Shown: positions 27,442 through 40,479 of the stretch, piece after piece
Layout of the letters: each line of letters starts with the position of its first letter
How positions within the stretch are numbered: position 1 is the first letter of the stretch
Source of the DNA: Felis catus
Taxonomy: Eukaryota
Length of the DNA: 64,000 bases
Assembly (NCBI RefSeq): GCF_018350175.1
Contig: NC_058368.1
Coordinates: 72,294,001-72,358,000 of the forward strand
Reading direction: 5' to 3'
Made by a program: the position numbers and the translations under genes
The notes under the pieces: generated by a model
What the model was told of the DNA's origin: nothing
The model's database searches: none
What the model saw: the letters and a program-made list of their open reading frames with translations, nothing else

Positions 27442-27759
27442 CTTATTTAAATAAGAGATGAAAATACTCAGATGGTATTATGGCAGCATGCTCCCCTTTC
27501 TGTCACTCCGAGGAAAACCTCCAAATGCACACTTGGAATCTGCTTAGTCTTCCTGCCCACAGGCTTACATTTTTCAGTCTGGCTTGTCTTGAACACTTAT
27601 GTTAAAAAATCAGACAAAAAAATTTTGAGGAAGCAGAGAATATAGAACAGAGCCCATAAATACTGTTTTGTTCAGTTTAGACACAGATTTTTCTCATAAG
27701 AATTGCAGAAACTTTCTTGTTAATCACCTAGATTAAAATGCAGTTAGTAGATACACTTA

Positions 27760-27918
<159 letters not shown>

Positions 27919-27970
27919 TTACAAAAATGTCATAGACTTTCCTCCTTAACATCTATAAAAACAGTGCTTA

Positions 27971-28126
<156 letters not shown>

Positions 28127-29156
28127 TCAATAAACAAGCTCAGGGCTTCCCTTAGCATTGTCTGCAGTCACAGAAAACACAGATGGTATCAGGAGGTTCA
28201 CCCAGCACTCTGGGCTTGGCCCTGCATTTTCTTCCACTGAAATGGATTTTCTTTTGAGTCCACCTGGAAGCTACAGCTACCTCTAGAGAAAATGAATACA
28301 TAAACTAATGTAAATGCCACTGCTCTTAGTAATTTCCCATGTAATTCATCAAAGCACAGTTTTTATTACAAAAACAAATGCCAGCTTAGGATACAGAGCA
28401 AGTACGCTAAGTCGTCTTCACTAATAATAATAATAAACGTTCTTTGGTGGAACTTTTAAAATATCTAGAACATGAAGTAGTGGAGAAGGGTTAAAATTAC
28501 TATAAAAAGTAAAAAGGAATTGTACCATTTACTAAACAGAGGCAAAATGATAATTAGAGAACGTCTGTCAATCACAGAATAGCTATTAAATGGAAAAGAA
28601 CACATTAATATGCAGGATGAAATCAGACTGTTGGAGAGGCGAGCTTTACAAAAATAAGGAGAGATCTTCAGTAAGCGTTATGATGACTTTGCGGGATGGA
28701 TGTGAATTTGTGTCATTCTAAATTTTTTAATGAAGAATATGGTAACTTACGTTGAATTAAATGCAAAATCAAGTCTGAATGAATGCATGGAAATGAATTC
28801 TATTATCTGACAAAGTCCCACCTTTAGGCTTTTTTAATATATGTTCCCCATTTCTCATAGTAAGGCATTTTCTATTTGGAATATAGTATTTTATGTTCAT
28901 CTCAATGTATCTACACTTTTCAGCCGTTTTTAGTGAGGATTCAGTCACATAAAAGACGGATTTTGAATTTTTAAATTCAATGCCCTTTATTTCAATAAAT
29001 ATATTTTTACACCTTTTTAGTAAGAAGTAATTTGCTGTCGTATTGATGTTCATTACTGATTAAAGTCATTCACAGATGTGACAGACAATGATTAAAATGT
29101 TATGTTTTTTTCTCATAAACATTTAAAATAACATAATGTTGTAGTAAGTTACACTA

Positions 29157-29342
<186 letters not shown>

Positions 29343-30415
29343 CTAAAAATAAATTGCATGTGGAGTTATCACACAAAATTAATAACTTCAAAAAAAATCT
29401 GTGGAAAGAAGGGCCAAATGTTAATTCGGTATAAGCTATCCATAATTTTTGTTTCATAGCTGAACACACTTTCCAAAGGAATACCTTTAGCATTTTAAAT
29501 GAAGCATTTTTATATAAAGAAAATAAGTTATAAAACACAAGTTACTGCAGAGTGAGACATGGAAAATTTCAAGTTCACACAAATGGAAATCATCATCATT
29601 TTTTCTCTTAGCCACACAGATTCTACCATTTAAGAAACCAGAGGCCATCCTACTCAGTAGGCAGCTTAAGCCCCCAACCAGCTCTCTTCCTACAAGAACT
29701 AAGAGCCACAGGGATCAGCATGAAGGCCTTTCAGACTGTGGACCAACAACCATCAGTAGGAAATTAACCACGAATTCACCGTGAGCTACATTAAAAGTGA
29801 AGAATACACTTGCCTTCAGTAGTAAATATATCAAATATATATTGATTTCAACTGTAATTGGAATCATATATGATAAAAAAGACACACTACTTTCATCTTT
29901 CAATAATCAATCTACTCTGACACTAGAATGCATATTTTTTAAAAAATGGGAATTAAAAAAAATTTCCCTTTCAAATAACAAACCAGAGAACTCCATTAGT
30001 TGAGAACTGGAACCTTAAATAGAAAGGCCTTTTCTTTCTTAGAACTGCCCCATTAAGTCACTAGCTTCATCACAATATATGAGACTCAATTCTGAATTCA
30101 GTGACATCTATTATTACCAACTCTGACTGAACCTGCTTAGAAAATAAAAATAGGAACAGAATGCCAAGATTTTTTTTAAATGATGAAATGTGTTGTAGGA
30201 TATTTGTACATAATTTCCAGAACCATCCACCCTTAGTAATAAATAGGTTATCAAAAAAGATTCCTTGAGAAGTTTCCAGGAATAATTTTTATTATTCGCC
30301 AAACTAACAGTATGATAAGCCACTTAGTAAAAGTTATCTGACTCAGAGGTGAAGTATAAATTCAGCTTAGTAACACGGAGGAATCATCTACTTTACATAG
30401 AGGATGTATAACACT

Positions 30416-30657
30416 AGGGTGCCTGGGTGGCTCAATTGATTAAGCATCTGACTTTGACTCAGGTCATGATCTTGAAGTTCATGAGTTCGAGCCCTGTGTC
30501 AGGCTCTGTGCTGACAGCTCAGAGCCTGGAGCCTGCTTCAGATTCTCTTTGAAATGTCTCCCTCTCTTTCTACCCCATCCTTGCTTGCACTCTGTCTCTG
30601 TCTCTCTCTCTCCCTCTCTCTCACAAAAATAAATAAACATTAAAAATTTTTTAAAAA
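30416..30657 (+). mobile_element. Can-SINE
   Basis: Head GGGTGCCTGGGTGGCTCA, (CT)n, AAATAAATAAAC tail. Confidence 0.93.
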
Positions 30658-31519
30658 AGAGGAGGCATAATGCCTACTAAAACACAAACACACATACACA
30701 CTAAACAATCTTGCATAGAAAAGTGTATATGTACACACCCAGCTAATGTGTAAGATAGAATAACTTACAATAAACTTATAAACATAGTGGGGAAGACAGG
30801 AAAATTAATTCTATGGAGAGTTTAAAGAAAACAATGCTAGTTCCCAAACGCCTAAATAATTTTATCAGTGGTGAGAGAATCCACCAAATTTGGTAACTCA
30901 TGTACTTGAAAAGATTCACAAAAGAGGTATGAAAGTAAACCCTGAGTCTTGGGGTCTGGGTCATGAGGAGGACAATGACCTGTTAAGTGTTATGATCGTT
31001 ATATGATGATTTAAACCTGAAGAAGAGAAAAACAGCACCTCAGAGAGCCACTGGTTCTGAGTATGTGCGTGCACACACGCTCACACACACACACACATCA
31101 CATACAGAAGAAATAATTTAAGGATATGATAGTTGCCCTCAAAACCTTACAAAACATCTTTCATTATAAGAGTCATGTTTGCCTGGTATATTGCATAGTT
31201 AGCTGAAAATATGAATTAATTATAATCTAAATGTAGACAATATAGCCAATATAAAATTGAATTTTCTCTGAGCCTAATTTCAGTTGATATCCAAAAGGAT
31301 GACAAAATACAAATTACTTAAAGTTGCACTTTGAAGATTCCCTTGAGTTTCTTAATATACTAAGCAAATTTATTGTTCATTCATTCACTCAATGTATAGA
31401 ATATCTTCATGATCTAGACAGTGTTTAAGGCTGTAATGAAAGGAGTGAAAAAAAAAAAAAACAAAACTCCTACCCTTATGTGATTTACATTCTCAGTTTT
31501 AAAAAATGTTGAATATACA

Positions 31520-31720
31520 GGGGTCCCTGGGTGGCTCAGTCGGTTAAGTGTCTGACTTCAGCTCAGGTCATGATCTCATAGTTCGTGAGTCCGAGCCCCA
31601 CGTCAGGCTCTGTGCTGACAGCTCAGTCTGGAGCCTGCTTCAGATTCTGTGTCCCTCTCTCTCTGCCTCTCCCCTGTTCATGCTCTCTCTCAAAAAGAAA
31701 TAGTAAAAAATTTTTAGAAA
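31520..31720 (+). mobile_element. Can-SINE
   Basis: TSD AAAATGTTGAATATACA / AAAAGGTTAAATATACA. Confidence 0.93.
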
Positions 31721-31986
31721 AAAAGGTTAAATATACAATATATGTTGATATATCCTAGGAAGAAAAATAAAAGTGTACATTTTCAAATTGACTTTTATTA
31801 AACAAATGTACTTTTTACTGGAATGTTGGCAGAAAGAGACAAAAATATCACTTGATCTTTATTTTAAGAATGAGGCATAGTTGTGATTGTTTAAAAAAAA
31901 ACACGAAAAATTCCAAAAATGAAAACTGAAATTTTATGGGATGCAACAGAGAACTATTTTAAGCTAGTTCTTAACTTTTAACTTAG

Positions 31987-32262
31987 GCTAGTTTTAACTT
32001 TCTAAGGAAACTCCATACTATTTTCCACAGTGGCTTCACCAGTTTGCATTCCTACTAACAGTGTTAGAGGGCTCCACTTTCTCCACATCCTTCGATCTAG
32101 CAATTATACTACTAGGTATTTACCCAAAGAAGACAAAAATATCAATTTGCAGGGATACATGCACCCTGATGTTTATAGCAATATCTACAATAGCCAAATT
32201 ATGGAAAGAGCCCAAATGTCCACTGACTGATGAATGGATACAGAAGATGTGGTATATTGGTA
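31987..32262. mobile_element. Carnivore L1 ORF2 3' fragment with internal inversion (31987-32094 minus, 32093-32262 plus)
   Basis: Antisense CCAGTTTGCATTCC...TCTCCACATCC joined to sense GATCTAGCAATT...; ORF 32061..32276 reads AIILLGIYP...DTCTLMFIA...IAKLWKEPKCP..DEWIQKMWY, the L1 ORF2p C-terminus. Confidence 0.88.
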
Positions 32263-33316
32263 TAGTGGTGAAATAGTCCACTAGGCATAAGTTTTATGTA
32301 TTATTTTTTGGCTTAGGTTACCAAGAGGCATTTAATATATATAAAAACCTTTAACAGGCAGTACAGTGAGCTGGGATACAAAGACGAGCAACACTCAGAC
32401 CTCACCCCCCACCTCGTAAGTTTTGCTCTTTTCGTGTTCATTATTCATGCTGTCCTATCTTCCTGAAAAATCCTCCCAAGTCTGTGCCAACTTTTTCCTT
32501 CAGATTCTGATCTGACCACAGCCCACCCTGATCAATGCTTTAGCTCACACATAATGCAGCAAGCAGCGTTTCAGCCTATACGTGTAAAAAACGTTCATAT
32601 TGTCTAACTTCCAGAATCGTCCTTTGTAATTCCCACCTGGTTGTTTAATGAATTACAATTTACTCCCTCCTGTTAATCAGTTCCTGTTTATCAGTTTTGA
32701 AGTTTGAGTTTTCCACTTAAATCTTTTCTAAACATATTCCCTGGTGTTGCATTAAAAAATAGTTTCTCCTCATTGCAAATGAGTCTTTTCTGAAGATTAG
32801 TAACACCTTGTGACTGGACAATTTGGGGCACCTTGCACAGAGTGTGACAGCCAGAAGATACCAAATGAATTAGATAAGTGTATATATGATGTCTTACAGA
32901 GTTTCTGCACATTACAATGCATACAGTAAGAAGTCCATTCATATGCCTCATGAATGCATCCATTTAAGCATCCATTCACTGAAATTAGTATTGTTCCTTA
33001 ACAGGAATGATTCTTTGACTTCTGGCAAAGAGAGAAAGATGTATTATTATCTTTCAAGTTAATATCTAAAAGTTACGACTTTTTTCCTATATGATCATGA
33101 AAGACCACAGATGAAATTATAAGATAGCTTTTGGGTATTTCCTGGATGCATACATTTTGACTGAAGAGAGGCTACAGGCCATGCAAATGGGAATCGGGTC
33201 AATGTGCATATACTTTGTGCACTATAATGTAGTTGCAAATATGACTGAACAGAAATTGATATCATGTTAATCACTATTGATAATCACTAAGGCTTCATAA
33301 GCTTAAAAGAACTTTT

Positions 33317-33512
33317 TAAAAATATTTATTTTTGAGAGAAAAAGAGGTAATGTGAGCTGGGAAGGGGTAGAGAAGGGGGGGGGGGACACAGCATCCAAAG
33401 CAGGCTCTTTGCTGAGATAAGACAGCCCAACTTGGGGCTTGAACTCACAAAACGTGAGATCATGACCTGAGCTCAAGGTAGATGCTTAACTGACTGAGCC
33501 ACCCAGGTGCCC
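33317..33512 (-). mobile_element. Can-SINE
   Basis: TSD TTAAAA(G/C)AACTTTT. Confidence 0.9.
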
Positions 33513-33682
33513 TTAAAACAACTTTTAATACATAGACTTTGAACCTGATGCTTTGAAATGTAATCTCATAATACATTTTGTGTCTGACACATTTACCAAA
33601 TTGTCTCTTTTTTCATTTGTATTGTCAAAGACTTTTAATCATAATTGGTTATGTCTATATCCTTTTAAAATCCTCCTGTATT

Positions 33683-33713
33683 TTTTTAAAATTTTTTTTA
33701 CATTTTATTTATT

Positions 33714-33751
<38 letters not shown>

Positions 33752-33918
33752 CACAAGGGGGGAGGGGCAGAGATAGAGGGAGACACAGAACCCGAGGCAG
33801 GCTCCAGGCTCTGAGCTATCAGCACAGAGCCCGATGAGGGGCCCAAACCCATGAACCGCGAGATCATGACCTGAACCGAAGTCAGTTGCTTAACCGACTG
33901 AGCCACCCAGGCGCCCCC
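33683..33918 (-). mobile_element. Can-SINE
   Basis: TSD AAAATCCTCCTGTATT at 33667-33682 and 33922-33937. Confidence 0.95.
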
Positions 33919-35377
33919 CAAAAAATCCTCCTGTATTAACACCCAAGTTATAATATTCGCAAGTTATAAGCTGTCCCTTTTCCCTACCTCCAGAATATAT
34001 AACCAGAGCTTAACATACAGGTACTCAAGAAATGTTAACACCTCAAATATGGCAGAAAGGTTTTAATTTGCCTGTTCCATCCACAAAAATGGAGAGCAGA
34101 CAATGCTGAGGCAGAAATCTGCATGCTGGTGGCTGAGGAGTTATTCAAGAGTTGTCTGTCAATTTTTACAAAGGTAAATACTCAGAGGCTGCCAATCAAT
34201 TATACAGTATAAGAGAGGAACCTAAATTGCCATGCAAGTATTTAATAAGCAGAGAAACCAAACACATTTATCTGAAGACATTTCTAAGGATACAGTTTGC
34301 CTTTGCAAAAATGATAGGCACTGGTCTAGCTTCCTGAGCACATGATTTATTGTTCCCAGTTCCCAGGGCCCATCTGTCACTGTGTCTTAGCCTTATTATT
34401 TATCACTTCAACAGTGCTCAGAGCATGCATGTTACTTTTACCTATGTTTATTGCCACATGAAAAATAGACAAACGAGGATTGTCTGAAGAATTCGCAGTC
34501 TGCAATACATGGAATGTTCTGCAACACAAACATCTATCACCCAAATGGTTTATTTCTGCCTCCAGGGATTTGGTGAGCTAGACTGCTTCTCAGAATAGGG
34601 ATTAGTGGTGAGGCAATTAGAAACAAATTATTGGGGAGTGGCAATGAATTGGCAGACCTTCAAGCATGAGGAACATTATAAAAGCCGTGAAATCCTTAAA
34701 ATAATACATACCTCAAACAAAAATTTTTGAAGACATTTCTTGCCAGAAGGATTTCCTGCCTCAGTTTCTCCTGCAGTGCACGGAGCATGTCACCTCTGGA
34801 GTGAACCACTCAAATCCAAAGCAGATCAGGTCACTCTCAGAGTTGAGTCCCCCGTGTACCTTTACTGACCCTTTACTTCCATCCCCCAACACCCCTGCGA
34901 CAGACCACATTTACTCAGGACACTGGCTTCACGTTCCTCTTTCTTCAAGACTTCTCCAATATCCCCAAGAAAACTTTTTCACTATTTCTTGTGCCCTCTC
35001 TCCCCACATCTTTTACAAAATACCATTACAGCATTTTTGCAAAACTACAAAGGTGTGTCTCTCAATCTGAATTCTCACTATTTATATTTGCAAAAATATT
35101 TGTCCCCAGATCACTATGTTACTAGAAAATCTCTATAATGAATCGGCATGTGTGCCAGTGGAAACATTGAAGCTGCCCATAAATCCTTCAAGAAGGTCTG
35201 GGTACAATGTAGGTACAGCTCTGTTGCTCTTTTGGGCTAAATCTTGTCCTGGTATTGATCATCTACTTCACAAATAAGGGTCAAGTGCACCACAATCTTC
35301 CTCTGCCCATCTTCCCTCAGAGGGTTAGCTTTTCACAGGACCTGGGACTAAAGTCTACGAACTCAGGTCATTTGATC

Positions 35378-35603
35378 TTGCTTCATCAATTTTAAGACAT
35401 CTTATCCCCCCACTCCACCCCAACATAGTTTAACATTTCTAAATTTAGGATGTATCTTGTAATCAATTGCATCAATTGATTGCATTCATTACAATCTTAC
35501 ATCTTACAATCAAAGTGTAATTAGAAGCACTTTTTCTTTCCTAGGGACTATAACGTGATGCCTCACCTTACAACGGATGACCTCACAGATTCAATCAAAT
35601 GTG
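35378..35603. mobile_element. Probable TcMar-Tigger MITE relic (Tigger12-like)
   Basis: Degenerate terminal inverted repeats CTTCATCAATTTTAAGAC ... AGATTCAATCAAATGTG; family assigned from memory. Confidence 0.45.
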
Positions 35604-37210
35604 ATAGATAGTACTTTTGCATATTATTTCTTTGCTTATTTACATAAGAGCACATGACCCCACTCTTGTTTGGTGCATACAAAACATCCACTCCTGAATT
35701 CCTTAAGTACAAATAACTGAGCGATAGGTGTTTTAGATGTTGTTCATTATACAGAAATGTGCGGGGGAATTATACGGTGTTAGAGAACAATTTAGTGATA
35801 TTTGGAGAAGTTGGTTGGGGTTTCTGTAATACATTATTAATTTTCCATTTAAACTGACGGAACACAGGCACCTGTTTTCTGCAAATATGCTGAAATATAT
35901 TTGCAGGAATAGGTTAGATGCAGAAACTCAGAGGTGCTCATAAGTGGTTTACAAGTCAGATCCACAAAGTGGAGTTCTGCTCTTTGTCTCTTCTCCTAGG
36001 GCAGTGGTGATATCATTACAAGTGGTCCAATCAACGTCTGCCAACTGATTAAATGGAAACTTGGAAACAGTACTTGGGATTAACAATATAACTCTCTCTT
36101 ATATTTATATTATACTTCTATCTTAAGCACCTTAAAATTTTAGGATCTTGAATATATATTTATGCATAGTTTAACATATGAGGCAAAACACTAGGTCAAT
36201 AAAACTAGTGGCCAATACTAGGAAGCCACAGTGTCAGTACTTTTGTTTCAAAAACTAAAGTTTCTGGATTTGGCTTGCTGCAGATGATTCTATAAACTAG
36301 GTGATTAGTGGATCACATTCTCTTAAGCATTAGGTGGGAATTTTAGGTGTACCATAACATGGCCAAAGCAGGCTAGGTATAATTTTAGAGCATTGTATAT
36401 GATGATGAGCACAGCACACTGGTTTGCTTCTATAAATATTTTATATGGACGAATATAGTTCTACCCATGGAAAACACTCTTCCAAAAATAAAAGACCAGA
36501 ATTCCCCAGATCCCTGACATATGTGTACACCGACTCACTCATACTCTTCCAACAGAAGACACATGACATATTGGTGTTAATCACTTAATAACTAAATCTG
36601 ACTGCTCCTCAGAAATATCGTGGTGAAATCAGTGCATATGGTACAATTTCCAACCAAAATATTTGTACAGCTCTGTTACAAAAAATGTAAAATCTTATTA
36701 ACAAAAGTATATCCTGATGCTTAAAATAGAATATGAGATGCACATATACATTCATAATGATCCTGTATACGTGCGGAAAAAACACAAGCGTTAAACCCTA
36801 TAAGTGAAAAAACACAGCACGTGTTTGCAAATTTTCTGGGTAAAGTCACTAAAAAATCGAGAGGTAACTGTAGTGCTATTGGCCAATGAATTAAGGTAGA
36901 GAGAGCATGGAAATATTTTATGAAAACACAAGTTTTTTTAGCAGACAGGTGTTTAATAAAAGTTTAAAAAATATAGCAGGGTTAATTAATGAGAGCACAG
37001 TAATTCAAACTTGAGGTCCTCTGGAAAATGATCATACAGCCCCTATATGGGCTGATGTATTTTATTATGGACTAATTTAAATACTTACATCTTTCTCCCT
37101 CAACTGTAAAACCAAAACAAATTTATAAATACAAAAATACAAGGCCAATAAAATTTAAATTGACAACATAAATTTACTGTAACCTGATATTTTGCTAAAA
37201 TTAAGTGTTT

Positions 37211-37415
37211 TTTTAAAGTTCATTTATTTATTTTGAGAGAGAGAGGCAGATCATGAGCAGGGAGGGGCAGAGAGAGAGGGAGACAGAGGATCCGAAGTGG
37301 GCTCTGTGTTGACAGCAGAGAGCTCCATGCAGGGCTTGAACCCACGAACATGGGATGCTAACCTGAGCTAAAATCAAGAGTCAGATGCTCAATCAACTGA
37401 GCCACCCAGGACCCC
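37211..37415 (-). mobile_element. Can-SINE
   Basis: SINE body; degenerate TSD GCTAAAATTAAGTGTT / GCTAAAACTCAGTCTT. Confidence 0.92.
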
Positions 37416-37531
37416 GCTAAAACTCAGTCTTATGAAAAGTCTGAGATTTGTTCCCAGCTTTAGCATATAATCCAAAAATTTCAAATTGTATATACTTAAG
37501 GTGTACAACTTAGTTGTTGACATATGTTTAT

Positions 37532-37896
37532 AACTCAATAGGAAAACAAATAACCTGATTTTAAAAGGGCAAAGGACAAGAATAGACGTTTCTCTAAAAA
37601 AGACATACACATGGCCAACAGGTATATGAAAAGGCACTCAACCTCACTAATAATCAGGAGAATTAAAATCAAAACATAATAAAATATTATTGCATATATG
37701 TTAAGATTTACCAAAAAGACAAGAGATAACGAGTGTTGGGGAGGACGTGGAGAAAAAAGAACCCTGTGTACTGTTGCAGGGAATGTCAATTGGTACAGCC
37801 ATTATAAAAAAAAAAATATGGAGATTCCTAAAAAAAATTAAAAACAGAAATACTTTATAATCCAGCAATCCCACTTCTGAGTATATGTCCAAAGGA
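37532..37896 (+). mobile_element. L1 ORF2 3' fragment
   Basis: AAGACATACACATGGCCAACAGGTATATGAAAAGG...CCAGCAATCCCACTTCTG L1 motifs. Confidence 0.88.
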
Positions 37897-39422
37897 AGGT
37901 AAGTTACGTTTCAAATACAAGAATGTAATCTCAAGTCCAATATACTCTTTGGTCTGTATCTGTCATAACATGCATGTTTGCAGAAATCCGTGTTACAAAA
38001 ATGATAATAAAGTCATGGCTTTCTGCAGTGGGGGGTACAAGGGTGAAAATTCAGTGAGATGATAAATTTAAAGCTTGGTTCAGGAACATCAAACTTCCTA
38101 TTTAACTACATTTAACCAAAATGTCAGCTAGCATTTAAATACTGAACACCAGTTTTAATGAGATACGAAGCTATAACGATTACTTCAAGATAATGTTAGC
38201 AATGCAGCATTACTAAAATCTGCATTATATTTGTGTTTAATCCAAATATTCCTAAATGAAAAATAGAAATCTGTGTTTGATGTTAATTTTCAATTTTTAA
38301 TTCTTACAGACTGAAAATTAAAAAAACATTTTTAGTTTTAGTCAATAGCTCATCATCCAAATATTGGTGGAAGTCAGAAAACACTGGACATGACTCAATA
38401 ACAGCATTTTGAAAACAAACTGGTCATAAAGCAAATATTTTATTTAACGACTGCTTTGACTTTTAATATTTGAACTATTAAAACCTCTGTTCATTCAGCG
38501 CTCTGTTCACTTGGCATGAATATATTAAGTCCACCTCTGTTCTTCTTGTCATTAGACTGTGACAGTGAAATGTCTGTCATTTTCATGATGTGAAATCCAA
38601 GGCTTAATTTATTAAATAACTTAAGAAACAAAACTTTTACTCTAGGAAATGTCATGCTTTTGTTCGTTCAAATTGGAATCTCAAAGAAATCAACACATGG
38701 TGATTTTAATCCCAAAGTACTCCATCCAGAATATTCAGAGATTGTCATTGCCTGAATAGCCAACATACACAAGTGCCAGCGTCATCCGAGGCCCTCTGGG
38801 GAATCACAGAATTAAAAACAGGGCTAGGCTGTGCTGGGCATGAAGTTACAGTGGCATAAAAAATTCCTCCACCCTCATAAGACCACTTTTCCTCCAAGTT
38901 GACCTCCTGGCTTAGCTACCAATTTTGAGTACCTTGACATATCTAAACCTAATGTTTAAAATAACTGGCCTAGCAAGTTTGTGAAAAACCTAGACAATCT
39001 TCAAATCATTCTGAAATCCACTGGTTGAGGAATGGCAGGTGCCCACTGCTCCCATGAACCAGCACTTTTCCCGGTGGGCTGTGGGTCACATATTAGAGCC
39101 ATGTTGCCTTTCCTGGGGGCCATGCTTACTATACTCACAATAGGCTCTTGGTGATTCTCTGAGTTTACTGGTTTCTTGGTAAATGCAGTGGTGGTAGATT
39201 GCGGTGGCTTTGAGGATTCCTTTCAAGTTCAATTCTTGAACTTGAAACTAAATTTCTCTTTTATATGTGTACCCCAATTTTCTGTGAGTTTCCACAGAAC
39301 TCAGAAGTTTCCACAAACTCTGTGAAGTTTCCACAAACTTCAGGAAACTCTTTTCAAAGCTTCTTACAATATCTAACAATAGCAAGCAGCTGCCTGGTCA
39401 AGTGGCTAGCTGAAACTAATTC

Positions 39423-39877
39423 TGCAGTGAGTTGAACAGTGTGTCCCCCAAAGCCATACCCACTCAGAACCTCAGAATGTGACCTTATCTGGAAAGAAGG
39501 TCTTTCAAAAATGTAATTAGTTAAGATGAGGTCATACGGAATTAGAGTGAGCCCTAAATCCAAAGACTAGTGTCCTTAAAAGAAGAGGCGAGGACGCACA
39601 GAGACACGTGGAGGGAAGAAATCCACATGAAGACAGGAGCAGAGATTGGAGTAATGCAGCTAGCTACAAGCTGAGGAATCTCAAAAACTGCCGGAGCCAC
39701 CCAAAGTGAGGAAGAGCAAGGTGGGGTTATTCCCTAGAACCTTCAGAAGGATCGTGGCCCTGCTGACATTCTGATTTTGGACTTGTGGCCTCACAGAACT
39801 GTGAGACAATAGATTTCTGTTGTTTTCAGCCATCAAATTTGTGTCATTAGTTATAGAAGAAGTAGGAAACTACTACA
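39423..39877 (+). mobile_element. MaLR solo LTR (MLT1C-like), full length
   Basis: TG...CA ends, GAACCTCAGAATGTGACCTTAT, CAGAACTGTGAGACAATA; candidate 5-bp TSD AATTC/AACTC. Confidence 0.9.
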
Positions 39878-40479
39878 AACTCCAAAGTACTTGTGAGCTC
39901 TTTGGAGTTTAATTCTTTGAAGGCCACTATGACTATGTAATCAAAGGCGGGAAGTCAGGCAATAACAAACGCTTTGAGAGCAGTGTTCAGGGAATTAATC
40001 AATGTATCTTTAGACAAGCTTCCAGCTTCACTCTTGTCCTTTTTGTCTCCACTATCAGGTGCATCAGACTGCATTTCCCCCATGACTTCTCCTCCAAACC
40101 CTAATATAACCTGGCCAATCAGATATTCACTCTCACAATTGTGAACCTTGACTTCTGAGGACAAAGACAGAGAGAACCTGGGGCAACGTTCACAAAGTCA
40201 GCAGTGGTGGCATGTGGACCAGATTGCTGCGATGTGTGACCTGAGCTGAGCTCATTGCTGCCCTGAGTGCAGAGCTCCCTGGAGTGTACTGTGTAAGCTC
40301 GATATTCCAGTGCCAAATTCACTCAATATGCTCAAGAGACCTCCCACCACTTCCTTTAAAAAAAAAAAAAAAGACAGCCAGAATTTGCTTCTTTGGTCAT
40401 AGAGTAAGCAGCTGTGTCTAACACAAAGTATATGCTAAATAAACTGCTTTAAAGGTTAAGCAGTTGACTTCAATTGGGG

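Noticed and set aside
35461..35481. Inverted repeat AATCAATTG-CAT-CAATTGATT
   Set aside because: Only 9-bp arms, and it lies inside a probable MITE, where internal symmetry is expected.
39281..39350. CRISPR-like repeat-spacer pattern
   Set aside because: Eukaryotic context; the units are short and directly tandem, with no unique spacers and no cas genes.
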